64,000 bases of DNA from Octopus sinensis (Eukaryota). Numbering within the stretch: position 1 is the first letter of the stretch; the number at the start of each line of letters is the position of its first letter. The notes under the pieces were generated by a model. It saw nothing but the letters and a program-made list of their open reading frames with translations, had not been told where the DNA came from and ran no database searches. The position numbers and the translations under genes were made by a program. The stretch is from the NCBI RefSeq assembly GCF_006345805.1, contig NC_043002.1:48608001-48672000 (forward strand). The letters are read 5' to 3'. Below are positions 40,041-53,808 of this stretch, one piece after another.

Positions 40041-40425
40041 GTAGAAATAAATGCTACAACTTGTTGCGGCATGAACTGGAAAACAAGACCTAAGCTCGCA
40101 GAGGGTGAAACCAACGAAAAAGGGTTTCGATTCCTAATTGAATATGACTGACTTTGTGCTTCTTTTGCGATGGAGAATACGTCACATTTTCATATCTCAC
40201 CCATCAATTTAAGTAATAAAAAGGAAGGCCTGATTATTTCTAATATTTTCAACATCATGAAAAATCTACAGTTAGATTAAATACAGTAATTTGGAGGATA
40301 GGGAATATTAGGAGTTAGCTAAGACGATTTTTTGGCTGAACAAGCTAAGGAGACATTTCCAAACATTTTAAACAGAAGTATATCTTTGCTATTGTTTTCT
40401 ACACTAGTAGCTGACTAAATTACTA

Positions 40426-41267
40426 TCAGGTCATCCCATAAGTTCTGTCGGAATTTTGAATAAAGAAAACAAGTGATCAAATGTTATATTTAATTGAAAT
40501 TTAATCACCAATGTACTTTCCTTGATTATCTATGACTTCCTCTCATCTATTTACAAGCTTTTTAATCCCATCAATGTAAAACTCTTTTGGTTCCAAAGTG
40601 AAGAACTCTGAAATGTCAGTTTCGACCTCCTCCTGGCTTGCGAAAGTTATGTCCCCCAAATGATTCTGTAAACTACAAAACAAATGGTAGTCTGAAGGAC
40701 CAAGGTCAGGAGAATAAGGTGGATGACGATTTTTTTCCCCACCAAGCTCTTCGATCTTCTGTGATGTGATCTTTGCAGTGTGGGGTCGCACATTATCCTG
40801 ATGAAACATCATTCCTTTTCGATCCACTAAAGCAGATATTTTTTCTTCAAAGCTTGGTTCAAACACTCTAATTGCTGACAGTAGACTTGTGTATTGATTG
40901 TTGCACTAGGTGGTAACAATTCAAAGTGAATTACTCCTTTGCAATCCCACCAGGTAGAGAGAAGAACCTTTTTATAATGAAGTTCCCTTCACGGTTGTGT
41001 TTGAGCCTTTACTCTTTTACCAAGCCACTGTTTACGACGTTTAATATTTCGATAGAAGATCCATTTTTCGTCATCAATCACGTCTATCCAAAAAGGGTGA
41101 AATGAGTTCGCGAGAATGGAGAGAAGAGCAGATGTCAACTCGGGATTTGCGGTTGCTTTCGGACAATTAATGAGGCAGCCATTTTCCAAATTTAGGAATC
41201 TTTCCAAGTTGTTGAAGATGACGATGAACAGTTGTATGGTTTGAACTAAGCTTATGGGATGATCTGA
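40426..41267 (-). mobile_element. Internally deleted mariner (DD34D), sister of 43422-44694
   Basis: TIR TCAGGTCATCCCATAAG at 40426 and a near-identical inverted copy ending at 41267, with TA on both flanks. Encodes DDEKW, HQDNVRPH and YSPDLGPSDY. Confidence 0.92.
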
Positions 41268-41274
41268 TATATAG

Positions 41275-41426
41275 AAATATTGGTCGATTATATCAACCTT
41301 AGAGTTCAACTAGTACTTATTTTATCGATCCCGAAAGGATGAAAGGCAAATTCGACCTCGGCGGAATTTGAACTCAGAACGTGAGGCCTGGCGAAATACT
41401 GCTAAGCATTCTGCCAACTCGCCGCC
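41275..41426 (-). mobile_element. SINE-B, 5' part
   Basis: 'cggcggaatttgaactcagaacg...ctgccaactcgccgcc'. Confidence 0.8.
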
Positions 41427-42156
41427 ATATAATTTTGAAATATTAAATATTCGTAAAAATTCAATGAGTGAGGCCAAAAAATGTGATAACATGTATTTCA
41501 GTGAGTATCCAATATTTCTACTTGGATTGGCAAAAAATGTACAACGATGGGTCAAATGATGTGCAATATTTAGTTTCGGCCATCCATTTTGTAAATTCAA
41601 ATCCCAATAGAGTCGGCTTTTCCGTAATTTCAACGAAGGAGATCAATATTTAATTTTAGTCCTGAACATTCTGATTCTGAGGAATGGGGTCATCAAGTCG
41701 GCACACTTTTATTCTGAGAAAGGGTTTAGACTGGCATTTCAGTTTTTTCCGAGATCGATAAAATACGTACCAGTAATATAATAAAATCGATTGCGAGGAC
41801 GGATTGTGTTTTCTTTTATATAAAAAAAATATAGATAAAGAGTTTGTGATCAATGAAAATACATCAATACCACAGTTTGGTTATTAGGATTTTAGCTAAA
41901 CCGATAAATCGCTAATTAGTCGGTCAAAGCAAACATCTGAACAGGTAAAGTTGTCAATAAATATATCATTTAGCTATCTCTCTTGTGTGCTTTCGCCAAA
42001 ACTGAACAGCTCAAATAACGATATCTCCATCAAGAAAATTAGAAACGGTTATCTAAAGCAGATAAAAGCTTGCGAACCTGATTAGGAATATTATATGGCA
42101 TTACCTTAGAAACACGCTCGCACGCACGCACACACACAAACACACATATACATAGA

Positions 42157-42188
<32 letters not shown>

Positions 42189-42231
42189 CACACACACACA
42201 CACACACACAAACACACGTACAGATTCTTCA

Positions 42232-42668
42232 TTTTTTTTATCCTCTTATTTTTACTTACTGCGGCCATGCTGGGGCATCGCCTTGTAAAATTTTAGTCGA
42301 ATGAATCGACTTCAGTATTTATATTTTTTTTTTAGCCTGGTACATATTCTATCGGTCTCTTTTACCAAATTGCTAAGTTATGGTGACGCAAACACACCAG
42401 CACCTGTCGTCAAGCGATGAGTGTGGATAGGGACAAACACAGACTCAGACACACACACACATACACACACATACTTACACGCACGCACACATAAATTTAT
42501 ATACGACGCGCTTCTTTCAGTTTCTGTCTACAAAATCCACTTACAAGGTTTTGATTGGCCTGAGGCTGTTGCAGAAGACACTTGCCCAAGGTGCCACGCA
42601 GTGGGACTGAATCCGGAACCATGCGGTTGGAAAGATATTCTTCCTACAACACAGTCACGCCTATATAG
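42232..42668 (-). mobile_element. SINE-A, full length
   Basis: Reverse complement of the family pattern. Confidence 0.85.
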
Positions 42669-43421
42669 ACAGGCACAAAACATGGATACATACAAACATA
42701 AATATACACATACATGCATACATACATGCACACACACATTCATATATACGTGTATTCATACATACTAATATATAAACATATTTATATATAGACATGTGTA
42801 TGTGTATGTTTGTACATACATACATACATTCTATAAATATAAATCATTCATCTACAACATCTTTTCTCTTCGTAACTACTGCCGATCTTTTGATCTCATG
42901 CCAAGCGTTTATCGATTAAATTCTGCGCCTTTTCCGTCCTATGATTCCTGTTCGGTATAATATTCCCCACCTGCAGCCAAAGCTAATATGTTTGGTTTGA
43001 GTCTCTCTTAAACATTCATTGACACACAAGGTAATTCGAACAAGTCCTTTATGGCTTTATACCGCACTCTATATGTATGCAGGCGAATATTTCTTTTCTG
43101 TGCAAGCTAAAGCAAACGCGCGCGTGCGTGTACACACACACGTACACACACGCATACACACACTCACACACGCCACGCACACACACCACGCACACACACA
43201 CACACACACACACACAGCCACGTGGTTTCGTGTTCAATCACGCTGTGCGGTGTATTGTGTGTCTTCTATAGCCTTGGGTCGACTAATGCCCTGTAAGTGA
43301 ATTCGACAGCCGGAGACTGTGCTGAAGCCCCCACTTCCCTATATATATCTGTGTATGTATGTGCCTTTGTATTTATCATTCAACCACTTGCAACTGATGC
43401 TGGTAAAAGATAAAAACTATA

Positions 43422-44694
43422 TCAGGTCATCCCATAAGTTCTGTCCGATTTTACCTTTTTTTAAAATTGAATGAAATTTAATAGTATTCTACAATGTCTA
43501 ATGGAATTAAAAATTGTTTTTATGCATTTGTGTACATTTAAACTATATTTTACAGATTAATAGAATTAAAATTTCTTTGATTAAAGCCCTTTCTAACATG
43601 GAAGTATCCAAAGAGCATTTAAGGCACATAATGCTTTAGGAGTACAAAAAAGGAAAATCTGCAGCCGAAGAAACTCGAAACACACACTCAGTTTATGGGA
43701 AAGAATGCTTGAATGAAAGAACTTGCAAAAGATGGTTTGCAAAATTCAGAAGTGGAGATTTCAGCCTTGAAGATGAAGATCAAACAGGACGTCCAGTTGA
43801 GTTTGATGGTAAGTTCCTTGAAGCATTACTTGAAGAAAATCCTGCATTATCAGTTGAAGAATTGGCAATAAAGCTTAGTTCAAACCATACAACTGTTCAT
43901 CGTCATCTTCAACAACTTGGAAAGATTCCTAAATTTGGAAAATGGATGTCTCATGAATTGTCCGAAAGGAACCACAAATACCGAGTTGACATCTGCTCTT
44001 CTCTCCATTCTCGCGAACTCATTTCACCCTTTTTGGATAGACGTGATTGATGACGAAAAATGGATCTTCTATCGAAATATTAAACGTCGTAAACAGTGGC
44101 TTGGTAAAAGGGTAAAGGCTCAAACACAACCGAGAAGGGAACTTCATGATAAAAAGGTTCTTCTCTCTACCAAGTGGGATTGCAAAGGAGTAATTCACTT
44201 TGAATTGTTACCACCTAGTGCAACAATCAATACTCAAGTCTACTGTCAGCAATTAGAGTGTTTGAACCAAGCTTTGAAGAAAAAATATCTGCTTTAGTGG
44301 ATCGAAAAGGAATGATGTTTTATCAGGACAATGTGCGACCCCACACTGCAAAGATCACATCACAGAAGATCGAAGAGCTTGGTTTGGAAAAAAATCCTCA
44401 TCCACCTTATTCTCCCGACTTTGTTCCTTCAGACTACCATTTGTTTTGTAGTTTATAGAATCATTTGGGGGATATAACTTTCGCAAGCCAGGAGGAGGTC
44501 GAAACTGACATTTCAGAGTTCTTCACTTTGGAACCAAAAGAGTTTTACATTGATGGGATTAAAAAGCTTGTAAATAGATGGAAGGAAGTCATAGATAATC
44601 AAGGAAAGTACATTGGTGATTAAATTTCAATTAAATATAGCATTTGATCACTTGTTTTATTCAAAATTCGGACAGAACTTATGGGATGACCTGA
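43422..44694 (+). mobile_element. Full-length inactive mariner (Hsmar1/SETMAR-like transposase, DD34D)
   Basis: TIRs at both ends. ATG at 43598 (MEVSKEHLRHIML*EY...), stop at 44621-44623. Contains WFAKFRSG, DDEKW, QDN and YSPDFVPSDY, with two stops and two frameshifts. Confidence 0.95.
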
Positions 44695-45045
44695 TTTATA
44701 GACACCATTTATTATACGGTTTTATCTGTGCGGACACTACTCATTTGTACGATGCTCGAACTCATTAAAAACTGCACATGACAAACCTACTAAATACTAC
44801 ATTAAATATCTAAATGCATCGAATGACCAAAAGACATTTTCTTCTATTTCTAGAAATAAATCTTTCAAAACTGATGGGATCTATTTACTTTGCGGTGTGC
44901 CTGTGTGTGTGTGTATATATATACATACATTCATACATACATACATACATACATACATACATACATACATACATACATACATACATACATACATACATAC
45001 ACACACACATATATATATATAAGAGAGAGAGAGAGAGAGAGAGAA

Positions 45046-46071
45046 TACTGACTAGCATCTCTTTTGCTAAAAATAAGAGTTAAAACAACTAAAAAGCTAT
45101 AACAGCGTGGAACTTAATGACTGACAAAAGGAAATAAGTCCCCAGCGAACATAGTTGGATCGCGATTTCAAATTTTTATGTACGCCATCTTAATCCTTCT
45201 CAGCGACTCTTAACGCCTTAGGTTAAACTCAACTACCTCTGCCAGCCTTATAAAAAAAGCGTTGAAAACACGTGCTAATTTTCAAAACGGTAAACGTGTA
45301 AACAATAAATAGAAAAAGAAGTGCTAGTCAGTACCCTCTGTCACATTTGTGATCTCTATTAATTTTGATTTTAGGTTTGTAGTGACGCCATTTTGGAAAT
45401 CTTCAGCACGCATGCGCAGCGTTGGATTCTTCCGGGAGGTCTGCCGGAAGTTCCCTCATGCGCATACGCAGAATACTAGCAGCAGCAAAAATTTCCCGCG
45501 TATCGATCTCTCGAACGCTGACAGTCGAACAGGACGGTCGTGTTGTTGCAGCTCTCTCAAACTGCTACCTCGTTGCGTTGCTACACTATGCTTGAACGAA
45601 CAGGATTTGGCTCACTCCACTTGACTACTGCGACGAGCTCCTAGGCTCCTAGGCTAAGAAGAATATTGCGAATCCAGAAATAAAAATAGTTATGCTGTTG
45701 AAGTTATCGGAAGTCTTGACTCTTTCCTTCGATTAATATTATAATGTAAATGATGAGAGCTGCACCCATCCAGTGTTACAGACGTGTCATCCAGTGTTAC
45801 AGGTTCTAATTGCTAATAAGACATCCTTTTTAATTTGTTATTTACTCTTTTACCGTTTTGAAAATCAGCACACGTTTTCAACAGTTTTTCTTATAAGACT
45901 GACGGAGATTGTTGAGTTTAACCCTAGGCGTTAAGAGTCGCTGATGCGGATTAAGATGGTCTGCATCAAAATCCGAAATCGCGATCCGACTATGTGCGCT
46001 GGAAACTTACCTCCCTTTGACAGTCATTAAGTTCAGTGCTTATTTTTTAGCAAAAGAGGTGCCATTCAGTG
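45046..46071. repeat. About 250-bp inverted repeat pair enclosing a solo LTR
   Basis: 45057-45320 aligns with the reverse complement of about 45815-46062 (e.g. ggatcgcgattt, ccatcttaatcc, cagcgactcttaacgcc, ttttcaaaacggtaaa). Confidence 0.85.
45378..45801 (+). mobile_element. Solo LTR, 424 bp
   Basis: TGTAGTG...GTGTTACA termini, 4-bp TSD GGTT (45374-45377 and 45802-45805), AATAAA at 45679-45684. The paralogous uninterrupted site is at 46112-46115. Confidence 0.8.
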
Positions 46072-46250
46072 CCCTCTACCACTTTTGTGACCTCTATTAA
46101 GTTTGCCTTTAGGTTCTAATTGCTAATAAACCACCCTTTTTAATTTGTTGTTTACATTTATATATATATGTCACTTAGCGGTTCGGCAAAAGAGACCGAT
46201 AGAATAAATACTGGGCTCACAAAGAATAAGTCCTGAAACAAGTAAAAGAG

Positions 46251-46367
<117 letters not shown>

Positions 46368-46444
46368 TGTATGTATGTATGTATGTATGTATGTATGTAT
46401 GTATGCATGTATGTATGTATGTATGTATGTATGTATGTGTATAT

Positions 46445-46701
46445 AATATTATCTGTTTCAGTCATTAGACTGCAGCCATGCCGGGGTAACGACCTTTAAA
46501 ATTTTTAGTCAAATCATTTGAACCCCGTACTTATTTTTTTTTCTTTAAGACTGGTACTTATTATATCTGTCTCTTTTTACCGAACCGGTAAGTTACGGAG
46601 ACGTAAACAGACTAACAATGGTTGTCAAGCAATGGTGGGGGACAAACATAGACACAAAGACACACACACGTGCACACACATAAATACATATACACACATA
46701 T

Positions 46702-46750
<49 letters not shown>

Positions 46751-46850
46751 GACAGGCTTCTTTCAGTTTCCGTCAACCAAATCCACTCACAAGGCTTGGT
46801 CGGCCTGAGGCTATAGTAGAAGATACTTGCCCAAGGTACCACGCCGTGGT
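46445..46850 (-). mobile_element. SINE-A lacking its 5' head
   Basis: Reverse-complement match from the tail to the CORE-like segment. Confidence 0.85.
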
Positions 46851-47431
46851 ATATATAGGATACTGACTAGTATCTCCTTTGCTAGTCGAGAAACAAGTTT
46901 CTTACCACACAGAGCTAAGTCGTTTCTTTTTTTTATGGGAGTGGTTTATTTCGAAACACAGTGAAATGTTTATCTATAATGCTAATTAGATGATGGATTA
47001 ATCTCCTCTGGATACGGCACCCTGGTTTAGCCCGGTACAGTATCCATTAAAGGGATAGGATTCTCCATCGTAAATACTCATCGTTTCTTCACTGCTGCCA
47101 TTGCTTGTAGCGGCAATTCATACTGCACTGTCGTACCTGCAAAGCGATAGCGTAATGCTGATGTAATATACAACAGGCGCATACACACATATAACACATA
47201 GACATGTACACTTCAACTGAAGCTTCTACAGAATTAGTGATATCGAGCAAATTTAGCTTGTGCAAAATACGAAGTGAAAGAAATGAGTTAAGTACATCGC
47301 AGGCGTTATTTGAATATCTTAAGGTACATAGTTAAACAGAACCAGCTAAATAATTTCCATAAAAACAAAGCAATGAGGTGTTCTAAAACCAAAGGAGCGA
47401 CCTCTAGCGAGATATTCTATCATTAACTTCT

Positions 47432-47630
47432 TTCACTCACTGGACTGTGACTATGCTGGAGCAACACCTTTAAGGATTGTAGTCGAACGAATCGGCTTCA
47501 GTGCTTTTTTTTTTTTAATCTAGCATTTGTTCTATCAGCGTCTTTTGCCGAACCGCTGAGTTACGGGGACGCAGACAAACCAACAGTGAGTCGGGATGTA
47601 AACACACACAGAAGCACAACCCCCCCCCCC

Positions 47631-47640
<10 letters not shown>
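47432..47640 (-). mobile_element. SINE-A, 3' half
   Basis: 'gactatgctggagcaacacc', 'ttttgccgaaccgctgagttacgggg'. Confidence 0.75.
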
Positions 47641-47662
<22 letters not shown>

Positions 47663-48001
47663 ATATATATACATAAATACATATACGCATGTATATATAT
47701 ATACAGCATATATAGAACAAAATCCTTACAGAGCAGAAAAATCTGTCAGCAACCAGCCATGAGACTCGAAATCACCACCCCTTAATTTTCGGTCAAAGTG
47801 CTCTGTAAGGATTTTTTCCTATACATGATGTACTGTCAGTACTTATGCGTTGTAAAATGTATCTTTCTACTTGTACTTCAATACATTTCAGCGCTTAAAA
47901 AAAAAACTTATGTTTGTTTACATATGACGAAATTTCTATTCCATCTAGCATTTCTGGATGAGTTTATAAGTTCTAAAATTGTAGAAGAATTTGTCAGTAA
48001 A

Positions 48002-48075
48002 GCAGTTTAGCTTAATGGTAAAGCACTTTGACCAGAAATTAAAGGGAGGTGAGTTCGAGTCTCATGGTTGGTTAC
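48002..48075 (+). other. Degenerate tRNA-like head (probable SINE fragment)
   Basis: A box 'tagcttaatgg' and B box 'gttcgagtc'. The acceptor stem does not pair. Confidence 0.45.
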
Positions 48076-48504
48076 TGACAGATTTATTTGATCTCTAGGG
48101 ATTTTTATCCTATATATGCTGATCTATCAGTACATACACGTTGAAAAATATATCTTTCTACTTGCACTACATTACATTTCCGCGCTTCAAAAAAAAAAAA
48201 ATACCAACTTATATTTGTTAACATATGATATATATTAATGTTTGTTTTTATGTTTAGTTACAATAAAAACAATTTTACATTAATCCGATGGGTTACTCCG
48301 TAATTTTGTAGAGTACAAGTTTATTGTTAAATAAGAATATTGTTCGCAGTGATTTCGAAGTTTCGGCCAGTCCGACGATGGCTTAACTTGCTTAAACTTC
48401 GGAGTCATTGTCAACAATATTCTTGTTTAATAATAAACGTATGTGTGTGTGTGTGTGCTTGTGCTTGTGTGTGTGTGTGTGCTTGTGCTTGTGTGTGTGT
48501 GTGT

Positions 48505-48672
48505 GTGTGTGTGCACGTCAGGCTTCCATACAGTTTCCATCTACCAAATTTACTCACTAGGCATTGGACGATTCGGAGCAATAGTAAAGACACTTTGCCA
48601 AAGTGCCGCACAGCAGAACTGAACCCAAAAACATAGGTGCAACGCGATCTTCTTAATACAACTATGTCTGCA
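48505..48672 (-). mobile_element. SINE-A, 5' half
   Basis: 'cagtttccatctaccaaa...gccaaagtgccgcacagcagaactgaaccc'. Confidence 0.7.
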
Positions 48673-49049
48673 CTATGGGAATAAATTCCTCAAGACACAC
48701 TCAGTGACGATATCCCATGCGACTTAAGAACGGGCGGATATGTTTCAGCAAATAATTCCAAAAGAAACACCCTAAATACGAACAAAATTATCCTTGGGCT
48801 GGTATGTTCATTAAGACTTCAGAGTAATGCCGTTATTAACAAGGAGTGTAGTCATTTTTGAACTCCTGACGATTACATCATGTCTTATGTTTAAAAGATA
48901 TACATTTCTGCAATTGTAGAACAATTTCAAATCTACAAAATACTTGTTCACTATAAGAAATAACGAAGCCCCTAAACCTGCCGGTTATTACCAAAAATGT
49001 CAGTTTTGACATATTTTTGATCAGAAGTTACACCAAAATATCATCAAGG

Positions 49050-49760
49050 TGAAACCTTCCTCTGAAGCATACACACATAGAATAAATAAGAATTCAAGTA
49101 AACTCGTGGCAGTCTGTATCATTTGAAAAAAGTGATTGATAGTATAAGATAAATTTTCCGTGAAGAGTTAAGTTTCCAACGTTTTGGACTGTCCTTTTTC
49201 AGAATAACCATGACTGAAGGAAACAAGGAGAGGCATCAGAGTTTTACATTTGTCTTTGAGGCATCAGAGTTTTACATCTATCAACTGATGAGGATCGCAA
49301 AACAACGTGAGCTTGCATACGTGGACAAGAAATAGGAAAATGGCGAAACAAGGTGATAGAAAGAGAAGGAAAAAGAAATTTTAAAAAAGTGGAAGACAAC
49401 TTGGTGAGGATGAAGGGGAAGGGAAAACTTGAGATGAGAGTGAAGCTGGAAAATAAAATCGTGATTACTAAATTTGGAGGGGCTGAAGGAGTAGAATGAA
49501 AACCATTCGTTTAAACTTATCAGTGCCATGCTTCCGAGTTTGAATATGAAATGTTACTTCATCTGTTTCCTTCACTATGTGAATCCTTTCGTGTAGAGAT
49601 GCCCCTCACTGATAAAGGGATAATGGAAAGGCTTGCTGAGTTGAAGTGGGCAATGACAGGTAGGCCTGGCATATGTAGTAGTTTATTTCGAATAATGTTC
49701 GCAAAAGCAATTGGCAAAGCAATGACTTGTTTTTCTCCCACATTGTAAAATGCATAACAA
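49050..49760 (-). mobile_element. Penelope-like element 3' end (GIY-YIG C-terminus plus UTR)
   Basis: Minus strand has GLPVIAHFNSASLSIIPLSVRGI, resembling the PLE endonuclease 'PVA.HFNS.GHS....V.G' motif. A decayed hammerhead lies downstream on the same strand (49174-49206). Confidence 0.6.
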
Positions 49761-50506
49761 ACTTAGTAGACAATGCTGAATATGAAGCTGAAACATATAC
49801 AGCAGCAGGTTTGGGAGGAGGAGGGATGAAGTAAAAGTAATTGTTTATTATTCTGGATCATTAGTAATCAGTTATTGTCTTCGATCCTTTTGAAAAACTC
49901 GACTGAGCGAACTGGTTTGAGTTTCACCAGTTTGAATTTCACCAGTTATATACTGTCTTTAGTCGTAAATATACTTCCTGTCTGAACAATTAGAGATATT
50001 TAAGTGAACGACAGATACCAAAAGCCAGACTATGCTTCTCCACATCTCTCACTAAAACTAGACTTCAAACTCAACCTCGATCGCTCAATACGCAAAATGG
50101 TTTTCTCACAATTACTCAGTAGCTGTACAGACAAAGAATATTAATTGCAACATGTGGAGGAAATCGCTTATAACTCTCAACTGACTATATGACAACCATT
50201 AGGAAAGTACGAGACGTAAATGATGTAGATGTGTATCGCTGTAAGCTTTCTCGTCTCCCAAGTAACTGTCGAGATAATTTTTTGATTTTCAGTTTGCTTC
50301 CAGCTCTATGCTGAATACATACATGCGCACACGCGCACACAACATACTTTCACACACGACACACGCAAGCACACAATAAACTCCTCCCAAGATCACCTTC
50401 ATATGCATACAGTTGCTAGGAGCGAAAGCTACAAACCGAAAAGGTAACCTGTCATGAAAGTTTCCTTTCTATTATGCTTAAACAATTCCACAGCTAGTTC
50501 TTGCCA

Positions 50507-50647
<141 letters not shown>

Positions 50648-51064
50648 TCTCTCTTCCTCTCCCTTTCTTTATCTGTGCATAAAATATGTCCCAATCTATT
50701 TGAAATGAGATGTTACTCTATTTTTCCCGCATCCAACAGAATAATAGACACAATTATCTTGTTCATCACCCTCTGTATGAACACGTGTTTGTATGTGTGT
50801 CTGTGTGTGCGTGCGTGTGTGTGTGTATGTGTGTGTGTCTGTGTATGTGTGTAAGGTACATACGTATATATATTCAAATGTGTATTTATATATATATATT
50901 TATATTATTTATTTATTCATATATATGCATGTCTATATGCATGCCTGTATGTATACATATATTTATACATACACACACACACACACATGCACGAATGTAC
51001 ACGCGCGCACACGCACAAACGCACACATGCACACACACACACGCGCACGCATGTTCACACACAC

Positions 51065-51132
<68 letters not shown>

Positions 51133-51984
51133 TATATATATAATATATATATATATAATATAAATTACCGTTATAACTTGGAACTACTCAAATTGTGACT
51201 TTAAATGTTTCATTTCCGAAGGCAGCGGGATAAATGAGCAAAAATATTGGGAAACATTTCGAGATATAGTTAACTAACAATACATCGAGATATGCTTGAT
51301 TGCAGGAAAAAAAAAATCCGTAAGAAAGCGCATTACATTTTCATGTATTCATTACTATCCCGGTGAGGAACCCTTTAATCTACCCACTCATTATTCAACG
51401 ATAGAATACAACACTAATACTTATAAATGCCAAAAATAAGAAACTATAGATTATAAACCATCATACAGCTTTATATTCGTCTAGCATTCCCAGGTTTTTT
51501 TCTAAACTTGATAAATTAGTATTAGCACATAGACCATATATATATCATAAGATTGTCAATAAAAACAGCATTATGATGAGTTGCAAAGTCACCAAAACTT
51601 TGTTGTCTCTATAACTAATATAAATAGAACAGTTTTCTCTCTGCGTGAATATACCCACCCTAATACATGTCCTCTAAAGGATATATATCTTTCTAAACCA
51701 TTAATTTATCGAGTTAATGTCTCCTTTGCAAATGACAGTGAAACAAATAGTTTTTAAAGAGCTTTGTTGTCATACTTTCACGCCATAAGAAAAAATCAGA
51801 AAGGTTTAAAATAGATTTAGAAGTCAAGAACTTTCAGATTCTCACACACATTATATGCATTGAGTACTTTTTACCATGTTTATATATATATATACAAACA
51901 CAATCATACATACATAAATACATACACACACATACACGCACACACACATACACGCACACACACATACATATATATTTATATATA

Positions 51985-52180
51985 TAGTTAATCCAAACAT
52001 AAAAACACAAAGAGAAAACACAACAACGCGAGGACGTGGAACAAGTATAGTGTTAGTGGACGCTCAGGAAAGAAGGAAAGAAGGGGGGTTTAACGTTTCA
52101 AGCGGAGCTCTTCGTCAGAAACATAGGAAAAGGAAAGATCCAAAGAAGGGAAGACGGAGGAAAAAATCGCCAACGGTGCA
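51985..52180 (-). mobile_element. Penelope-like terminal repeat with minimal hammerhead
   Basis: Minus strand GTTT-CTGACGA-A-GAGC-tcc-GCTT-GAAAC-GT-T-AAAC at 52088-52122. Confidence 0.6.
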
Positions 52181-52188
52181 CACGCAGT

Positions 52189-53147
<959 letters not shown>

Positions 53148-53428
53148 AAAGTCAAATGCGATACAATAAAATTAGTTATTATCGCTGGTGTTCTGGGACA
53201 CGCCATATATTATTCATATATAAGTACACTAAAAGGCGAAGTGTGTACCAGATACACAAAAGCTGGATAAATTTAATGAGATGAAAATTAAAAACTTTTA
53301 CAAACTTAGTTCTTCTTAGACTGCAGTTTCGCCTATTTCAGCAATAAAAATAATATTTATTTACTCAGGTAGGCTCTTCAGTAAGATTCCTGTTATTATG
53401 GGAAGCGCACATTAATAGAGGCACATGC

Positions 53429-53472
<44 letters not shown>

Positions 53473-53504
53473 GACGGGTTTTTTTCAGTTTCCATCTACC
53501 AAAG

Positions 53505-53806
53505 CCTCGTGAGTACATTTGGCAAATGGAAACTGAAAGAATCCCGTCGTATATATATATAAAAATACATATATGAGAGTGCTTGTGTGCGCGTGCGTAT
53601 TTGTGTGTATTTATACACCCAACATCGCTTGAAAACCGATGTTGGTGTGTTTACGTCCTCATAACTTAGCGGTTCGGCAAAGATACCGATATAATATGTA
53701 CTAGGCTTAGAAAGAATAAACTCTGGGGTCGATTTATTCGACTAAAGGCGGTGCTCCAGCATGACTGCCATTAACTGACTGAAAAAAATAAAAGAATAAA
53801 AGAATA
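53505..53806 (+). mobile_element. 5'-truncated SINE-A with a foldback start
   Basis: Family body and tail present, preceded by an inverted copy of its own segment. Confidence 0.8.
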
Positions 53807-53808
53807 TA

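Noticed and set aside
43598-44623. SETMAR gene
   Set aside because: No SET domain. It has TIRs, stops and frameshifts, so it is a dead mariner.
45378-45500. Host housekeeping promoter with ATG in AAAATGGCG (minus strand)
   Set aside because: The ORF ends after six codons (MASLQT*), and the region lies inside a TSD-bounded solo LTR.
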